Source: a virus. Taken from it: 64,000 nucleotides of DNA. Below are positions 59,301 to 64,000 of this stretch, in pieces. The stretch's first letter is position 1, and each line of letters starts with the position of its first letter. The notes beneath the pieces were generated by a model. The model was given only the letters and a program-made list of their open reading frames with translations, was not told the origin of the DNA and did not search any database. The position numbers and the translations under genes are program-made. The stretch lies in the IMG/VR virus record IMGVR_UViG_3300045988_118731, positions 1-64,000 of that record. The stretch is one strand, 5' to 3'.

Positions 59301-60006
59301 ATAAGAAATTACCAGTATCCTTAAAAAGCTTCTGACCAAAATTATAATCTTCTACCTCTTTCTTGTAATAATGGGGAAGAAGCATATCTATTTGCTGGTC
59401 AAGATCACCTACGAACTTATCCATGTTAGTGTTTAACGCAGCTTTGTAACTTCCCTCAGATGCCATATTGATAAGTTTGTCAGGCAATGACACAACTCCT
59501 TGAGCACCATACAATGCAGACTTTAAAGCGAATTTACCTACACCATTCCAAAACTTACTCCATCCGCTCTGTCTTCTGGCATAATAATCCTCATTGTTTA
59601 TACCCGGAATATAGTTGGGGTATTTTGTACGCCATACCCCATCATTACCCATCTGATGACTTTCACGGATACTTACCTTCGGTCCATAGGGATTAAGGGG
59701 CGGCGCGGCAGGTGTAGCCCCCCTGTAGCTGTTACGAGCCAGTGCCTCCGAGTAGCTGTTGCTTATCTCCTTGGCTATATACGGTTCTTCGTATTCGGCA
59801 GCAGCTATCCTTGATGCGTAATCCGGAAATTTAGGTTGGGCATACACACCTTCACCAGGCATATAATTAGGAACCAGAGGCGTTGTCGTCTCTGGTAATG
59901 TAGCCGGAGTGTAATTTTCTTCTTCGGCTAATTTCCTTTGCCTTGCCACATCTTCGTAAGTGGTTTTAGCAGCAGGATTATATCTATCTATATTATTATC
60001 AGCCAT
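53365..60006 (-). CDS. giant 2213-aa hypothetical virion-associated protein (Gly-rich segment GGLGVGSLGNIGAKLGGRIGAKL)
   Basis: uninterrupted 6.6-kb ORF. Confidence 0.9.
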   Translation of the reverse strand: MADNNIDRYNPAAKTTYEDVARQRKLAEEENYTPATLPETTTPLVPNYMPGEGVYAQPKFPDYASRIAAAEYEEPYIAKEISNSYSEALARNSYRGATPAAPPLNPYGPKVSIRESHQMGNDGVWRTKYPNYIPGINNEDYYARRQSGWSKFWNGVGKFALKSALYGAQGVVSLPDKLINMASEGSYKAALNTNMDKFVGDLDQQIDMLLPHYYKKEVEDYNFGQKLFKDTGNFLWNDVLGNGMSFTVGAMISAYMTGGLGVGSLGNIGAKLGGRIGAKLAARQAANRGIGSLKSVFNDYVRKGVATGRNVGEAAKTMTLLATSAGFESSVEANSFMKQSESDFKDYYRKIYGRDPNAEEMAVFRNSNADVGSAIFAANMGIVGLSNWLLFGKYIGLGGKAIPGLEKKLNKHLFGLGTEVAKPGEMAIKITNPNIGQKIAGNVFNIMKRPVSEGLWEEGSQGAVQNTAEEYVKSRYDNVAMNGAVDVLDAISEGFKKQYTSKEGWTEIGIGAIIGSLFGMREGFFGVKEYSNNQILLERQVNEYNKASSNLNTAALNTLKKSMSLGPQVRSDAQSMTGKELDDAMFEKMSIDNQMGTLEDSAENFRQMVDMMPISEIAEANGMSLEEAKKYKDSIIDNYNNRLSDFRSAQGFAEDLIGDDSKIEFRKYVARNAFLGLQSESRMKDIASVIETLSGQPRVADALSTFSRLSGRARERAMAIRGIQSRIEELESEIEDLATRPRNVDGKDPQAESIQRKTKELESLRTNYNNSLSELSTLIGKEFSIEELVSKTESVLSSPLSPISSQDVIEAYDTLIAFDDYFNVKSRQEKKFTAKDKAMRSLVNEYRRSLMDYRNMNNFLSKMLDKRFLAEENRGFSKALSSLWSTPYKGDDKVPDFAEPNKVGEYDTDEVVDQAVSEGKISEDEAWTIKAFMHALDKVREDRMREAEDDIKESPLTESVSDEDYEAAMDNPITVPVVRQSIIDKLYTGNTDLLTAREKDVYDKYKQDFDDYVSSLGDSPVNLIKSLSEKADRLTSPRSVYEENKAIIDMAKSNLEPDQRKELDDAISSYVDIMNRRDKGEKVDEDKLADSVFTIEDLGQVGNITDLLPYIEQNRIIDKGRISESTLSNFGEDDTNIDSLVNELDESDNTPGANIDSAQNPETLMVRRISNDGNERYEIAGLRADKFISSIKSLVPIQISSETNANGTKRYSLNIGGETATIIELPYHARWSINKESARVLNRYTDVSIQDVGNSYSLVYKRLDSDELVPYRTGVGFGENEVDKIDQEALSSLKKGDKVNLEIDVNDTYNQSLFTEYNDAVQSGDKKRIESAENKLVSNMVIKVMSGNRFVSVVKADTGGIDGISKIRRTAFNKWKKDAGRSATIGVGTHVVAQTLPGRPVFNMKVNGQGYGQVENLPITEKGAEKVSDVGYVLNGKVVLKNGSKYTGFPFAYSILNDKGNNYKNIRVPVVVIKGKNGLNYLFPVSLRSVESEEGQKWMSFIDMLLESGDSELLQMGQDDIQDLNAYLTKLGLDPASYQVSYLNPISGLRKAREAIEKLSTVPDVVKWVEDGSRSVKDIVMSEVESGIDFEGEMFVAPKIRIQFGKSSSSPKSLIEDDLPFSDEGKTVTSKEDVDVYEEEMPEEGAVRETQPAPLAQPTPAAQAARSLPGKKRTSRKNFSLMLNEIESHIEKEGLPSYANIFDFIARKIVGGDLRFLRERGNPKSLKEEMGLEPKGTVGDKISTPSSKGGKTLEEYVSWLRSQTDQVVVDYVGPRYDEQIISELKNFLKYIDFVPSKALNYSLRVNGMDTLKEYGTKEEVEKMESDINSLVSKVLPTVDNKTVEDVSTAIKSNNLPAIWEPVESLDMTNEEKIEFLNNVADFLSGIPEYDAVVESIESESDNILNDGKEGSAEGGAVRTEEDGDKKGDGEGKGQSRTNVEIERNVELPGSEEGRVDNYRKNGDKFSDIAEVTLWLLRRAAGITSIPEGEEVYVEGDEVNSIMTDMESRYGIDTINHSHTTKAIRDLNGVSGYKVEYGLTFLTYDPFIRISNLRKGSKAAKDEPRISEESLTHISRVTTPYFLYGGDEAYTSVPAKVEPIPEKIMGRNGIKFGMSVTQLTKLGYKKAGGNWIYKFYMNSGVYDLYNISTGEAFRAKPDLGVKISSSAFIRSLSQSGRKIQNMMSNMSQEEIDRNKNLVEGSDNSDSINELNKEC

Positions 60007-63000
60007 AAATTTTTTGCAAAAAATCGTTCAACTTACTAAACTTGTCATTCATGTTGGGCATGATATTTATTCCTCTCATATACGGATCTCTCATCTGATC
60101 AAGACGCTCTTGAACAGCCTCCTTCACGTATTTTACAAAGAAGTACTGAGGACACTTCTGGTGAATGCTATTCCAGTAATCCGCATACTCATCATTACCA
60201 GGATCCAAAGGAACAAAATCCGAGAACAACAATGCAGGATTTTTAGAATTTTTAGTCCTTTTGTCATAGAAATTGACCGCTACCTCTCTCGAACCCCTGT
60301 CATCCATTCCTTCCAACTGAACTGATATGTTATCAGACATGTCAATAAAATTATCAACAAGGGTTTTAACAACATTCATTTCTTCTGGCTTAAGGTAAGA
60401 ACCATGAACCTTTACTATATCATAAAGATCATTCTTGACATCAGCCTTAGAAGCCAAACGGGGAAGACCATTACGTATGAGATACTTATCATAAGAATAG
60501 CCTTCCTTCTTTCCGGTATCTACAAAATCACAAGTTCCAAAACTTGATTTGTAACCATCTACTGGATAATTGCGCTCCTCAACCGAAGGATCTATACCCG
60601 CCTTAAGAAGCTCGTCATTCGTAATCTCAACCCTTTCTGTAACATAAGAATTTTTACCGGAACCTACTTGAGCAGTCAAGAATCTTCTAACAGTGCCATT
60701 ATCTATCTCGGCATCCATATTAATGGCATTAATAGCAGTAGGATCCAGATTATTTACCTTTCCTGCCATGTAACCAGACAATCTTCTAAACTGAGCCTTC
60801 TGCAAAGACTTTTCCGGTGAATCGGCATTCCAATTGTATCTTTTGTAAGAATCAAGGTAATGATACTGAGATAACTTATCAGAAATCTGATCAGGAGATA
60901 CAGACATTTTTATCTCATCCTGCATCTGACCTGCTATCATATCAGACACTCTACTGTTTTTCTCAGCATATCTTAGCTGGGTAATAGTTAATGGTTCACC
61001 TTCCTGATAATCTTTTAAATCTATATCACCATCCTTATCTATGGTCATATAATCTGATATATTAAAATCAGGATCGCCGTTGAGTTTCTTCATTCCATTA
61101 ATAAGAGCCAATGTACCAGTAGAAGAACCATTATTCTCGCTTGTAATAGCATCAGATATGTTTTTCCCCAACTTGCCGGCACTCGCCTTAGCTCCTAATG
61201 ACGGAGATATAGCACTAAGAATATCTATTCCTCTTGAAGGGTCCATCATGTATTCTCTGAACCCTACGGCATCAGATACACCAGTTGTTATGGCTGTGGC
61301 GAGCAGGAAGGCTCCAGCCTTATCATCTGTATCGGTAAGATTTATAAAAGAATTTCCTTTCATAAACTTAGCATTACGAACTTTACTGATAATATCCTTA
61401 TTTTTTTTAGTAACTATATTATCTATTTGATAATCAGTTATGTTATTTATAGCCTTTGTAGCTCCATTTGCCTTAGAATCAGAAAGAAGTAAAGCATCAT
61501 AAGCTTCAGACAATCTGTTATTTCCTTGTCCAAAATATCCGTTTTTCTGACCTCCATTATTTTTTAAATAAGAATATATCCGTTCTTCAGGAGTCATATT
61601 AGCATACAATCCTGGGTCAGTTTTTTCTTCTTCGTATGATGCTGCAACGATATTACTTCTGTCTGTAGGAGATAATGAATTATATAATTTCAATAAATTT
61701 GCTCTACGCTCTGTGGAAAAAGATGTGAGTTGTTCATAAGGGATATTAGCCAAATTAACAGATCCTATCTTACCCGTTCCAGAATTGATAGCCGTAGGCC
61801 CGTCCATAGGAGCCATCGGCACTCCTACACCGCCTGCTCCTCTTGTGCCTCCGGATGAGCTTTCAGTGCCCATCTTGGAACCGTAAGTACGCATGTATTC
61901 GGTTTCAATCTTAGCCTGTGCAAGTTGCTCTTTTGCCAACGATATTTCAACCATAGACTTAGCATTATCAGTCAAAAACTTTTGCTGAGCCCTATCCTCT
62001 GCCAACCTTGCAAAATAAAGATCATCTTTCTTCCTTTCAAAACTTGTATTGTCGTATCTCCATGCATCAGTCATCTTATCGAAAAGATTATTGGTAACAA
62101 CAAAATTAGCAGCCGCTACCGGATCTGATGAAGCTATTATCATATCTGCCTCCCTCTTGGCTTCTGCTTTCTGATTTTTAGCTTCCTGTATCTGACTGTC
62201 AATACGATCAATAATATCCTTATTATCCCCTACTGATTTCTTTTTTGCTTCCAATGCTCCTATGTGCCTATCGTATCTTTCGACATAAGACCCAATGTAT
62301 TGACTAACCAAATCCGGATTACTGAACACCGGATTGGTAGCTGCCATGTATGATGCTTCTATTCTCATCTGATTCCTCATGTTTTCAGATAAGTTAGCAG
62401 ACACAAAATTCCTTATCTGGGAATCAGTAAGCTCATCTACGTTGACTTCTATGATTCCACCAGTAGGATTACCTTTAACATCATATTCTGTTGTCTGAAT
62501 CTTCTTGCCTTCGTTGTTTTTCCTAAAATCACTGACCAGCTTATTTATCTCCTTAGTATAATCGACATAAGGAGAATAATGAAGACCTCCCAACCTTGAT
62601 CCTGCTTTACCATCTGACCTCCATTTGTAATAAGGGTCCAAAGCATGCCATTCATTAATAGGAGAATAAAGTTCAGGATGATTCTGTTTTATAGATTCTA
62701 TTTCCTTCATAACCCTCTTGCCTTCTTTTGTGCCGGCAATCGCGTTAATGACCGTATCATCTAACACCGAACTTATCTCTCCTTGTATGGCTCTCGTAAC
62801 ACCATCAGAAGAAAGATCCACGCCTTTGAATTTTTGATTGATGTTAGCAATCACACCTGACATCTTATCTTCCATATAAGCGCGGGCTTCAGGCTTATCT
62901 ATCTCTTGACCCATAAGATAATCTACCTGGGTATAGATCTTTTCACGAGCAGCATCAACCTTCTGCTGTTTGTACATCATGACGTCCTTAACAAGATCTA

Positions 63001-63058
63001 TGTTGTAAGGACTAACATACGGGGCATATTGCCTTAAAATACTATACTGTGAAGCCAC
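59999..63058 (-). CDS. 1019-aa hypothetical virion-associated protein (contains a DKDGD pentapeptide)
   Basis: 3-kb ORF, stop overlaps start of the 2213-aa gene. Confidence 0.9.
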   Translation of the reverse strand: MASQYSILRQYAPYVSPYNIDLVKDVMMYKQQKVDAAREKIYTQVDYLMGQEIDKPEARAYMEDKMSGVIANINQKFKGVDLSSDGVTRAIQGEISSVLDDTVINAIAGTKEGKRVMKEIESIKQNHPELYSPINEWHALDPYYKWRSDGKAGSRLGGLHYSPYVDYTKEINKLVSDFRKNNEGKKIQTTEYDVKGNPTGGIIEVNVDELTDSQIRNFVSANLSENMRNQMRIEASYMAATNPVFSNPDLVSQYIGSYVERYDRHIGALEAKKKSVGDNKDIIDRIDSQIQEAKNQKAEAKREADMIIASSDPVAAANFVVTNNLFDKMTDAWRYDNTSFERKKDDLYFARLAEDRAQQKFLTDNAKSMVEISLAKEQLAQAKIETEYMRTYGSKMGTESSSGGTRGAGGVGVPMAPMDGPTAINSGTGKIGSVNLANIPYEQLTSFSTERRANLLKLYNSLSPTDRSNIVAASYEEEKTDPGLYANMTPEERIYSYLKNNGGQKNGYFGQGNNRLSEAYDALLLSDSKANGATKAINNITDYQIDNIVTKKNKDIISKVRNAKFMKGNSFINLTDTDDKAGAFLLATAITTGVSDAVGFREYMMDPSRGIDILSAISPSLGAKASAGKLGKNISDAITSENNGSSTGTLALINGMKKLNGDPDFNISDYMTIDKDGDIDLKDYQEGEPLTITQLRYAEKNSRVSDMIAGQMQDEIKMSVSPDQISDKLSQYHYLDSYKRYNWNADSPEKSLQKAQFRRLSGYMAGKVNNLDPTAINAINMDAEIDNGTVRRFLTAQVGSGKNSYVTERVEITNDELLKAGIDPSVEERNYPVDGYKSSFGTCDFVDTGKKEGYSYDKYLIRNGLPRLASKADVKNDLYDIVKVHGSYLKPEEMNVVKTLVDNFIDMSDNISVQLEGMDDRGSREVAVNFYDKRTKNSKNPALLFSDFVPLDPGNDEYADYWNSIHQKCPQYFFVKYVKEAVQERLDQMRDPYMRGINIMPNMNDKFSKLNDFLQKIYG

Positions 63059-63900
63059 TATTTGGTCCTCCTTCTTCTTTTAATTTCATCATCTTCTTCA
63101 TTTAAACTTCTCAAGTAAGGTGTGGAATAATCACCCATATTCATCACATCCTGATTACCTTGAACGTAAATAATTTGACCACTTGGAAGCATTCTCATAT
63201 TTGGAGCTATGGAAGCTATGGTATTCAACGATGTACGAACATTGAACTTATTCTGTATCTCGCTGTTTATACTATCATAATAACGAGCAAGATTTTCATC
63301 CCTTATAGCCATAGCCTTCAATAATCCAGATTCATAACGTTGCCTTTCCGCTATGTTCTTATCGTCTGTCTGAACATAAGCCATTTCATTGAATCTATCA
63401 GCTTCGTTTATTTGCCTTGCGTTATTGAAATTTACTTCGTTAATGTACTTGGCTATATTGCTTCCGGCTATGGCGTTCATATTAGCCAGAATAGCGGAGC
63501 GCTGGGAGTCGGGCACGTCACCTACTGCGTCCAACTGAGCCGATGTCGCGCGGTTGAGCTCGTTGATATACTGATCAGCAGATTGCAGAACAGGATCTAT
63601 TCTCGGAGCCTGATGCCTTTCCAATCCCTCTATCTCTAATCCGGTATCAAGCATCCTCAACATCTCAGGGAATATAGGACCTGATAAAGCAGGATTGACA
63701 CCTTTTCTTCCTTTTGTATCATCTTCTTCCTCAGCTTCCGTTTCTACAGTAGTATTAATAACAGGATTTTCTTTCTTCACTTCTATCCTGCCTGGAGAAC
63801 CTGGGTTGGGAGATTTAGCGCCGGTTCCTACAGGTTTAGCTTCTATAGGTTTTGATGCCGGATTTACGGCTTCTAAAACAAAGTCTGTTTCTAACATCAA
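63058..63900 (-). CDS. hypothetical protein, basic C-terminus (RRRRTK); in-frame open sequence continues upstream to the window edge, so the true start may lie beyond 64000
   Basis: ORF; frame stays open from 63901 to 64000 on the minus strand. Confidence 0.7.
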   Translation of the reverse strand: MMLETDFVLEAVNPASKPIEAKPVGTGAKSPNPGSPGRIEVKKENPVINTTVETEAEEEDDTKGRKGVNPALSGPIFPEMLRMLDTGLEIEGLERHQAPRIDPVLQSADQYINELNRATSAQLDAVGDVPDSQRSAILANMNAIAGSNIAKYINEVNFNNARQINEADRFNEMAYVQTDDKNIAERQRYESGLLKAMAIRDENLARYYDSINSEIQNKFNVRTSLNTIASIAPNMRMLPSGQIIYVQGNQDVMNMGDYSTPYLRSLNEEDDEIKRRRRTK

Positions 63901-64000
63901 ACCGCTATCTTTTAAAGCAGCAAACTTATTATAATCGGCACCCAGAATCTTCTTAGCTGCATCAGATTTATCACCAAATAAGTCAACATAATTCTTTATC

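Noticed and set aside
38351-59696. Numerous 60-150-aa plus-strand ORFs inside the giant minus-strand genes.
   Set aside because: They are embedded antisense to uninterrupted 3-6.6-kb ORFs with low-complexity or atypical composition. Treated as shadow ORFs.
37988-60006. Calling the 2140-aa or 2213-aa protein a crAss-type virion RNA polymerase.
   Set aside because: No DxDGD catalytic pentapeptide was found in either by eye (only DADGN in the 2140-aa protein). The assignment would be guesswork without structure or profile searches.
1-64000. Diversity-generating retroelement or any reverse transcriptase.
   Set aside because: No ORF with an RT signature (YxDD box in an RT-sized protein) was seen, and no template/variable repeat pair was recognised near the fibre-like genes.

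Overview
The window is a 64-kb stretch of a tailed dsDNA phage genome. The low GC content, a Bacteroides-type TAnnTTTG promoter motif and the gene content point to a Bacteroidota-infecting podophage, possibly crAss-like. That host and family assignment is inference.

The layout is two convergent blocks that meet at about 36.37 kb, in a terminator with a perfect 16-bp stem.

(1) Positions 1-480 form a non-coding leader: a G-tract-rich segment followed by eight tandem copies of a 44-bp repeat.

(2) Positions 500-36326 are a plus-strand block of roughly 70 mostly small genes, the early/replication module. Recognisable products include:
- a DnaB-like helicase;
- a zinc-finger/Toprim-like primase;
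- an SF2 DEAH helicase;
- two RecB/Cas4-family PD-(D/E)XK nucleases;
- a small ABC-type ATPase;
- KilA-N and DUF1566 domain proteins;
- an ACP / NfeD / flotillin (SPFH) operon;
- two diverged IS200/IS605 TnpB-like RuvC nuclease genes, one of them frameshifted, in which all four zinc-finger cysteines are replaced but the RuvC D/E/D residues are kept.

(3) Positions 36416-64000 are a minus-strand block. It contains giant proteins of 2140, 2213, 1019 and 751 aa that are probably virion, ejected or tail proteins. It also contains three small fibre-like proteins sharing an MRRRF N-terminus, one carrying a G10 homopolymer, and a BRO-N antirepressor-like gene among small genes.

Two upstream regions share a tRNA-like T-arm/acceptor motif, but no full cloverleaf could be folded. 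No reverse transcriptase, integrase or CRISPR array is evident.
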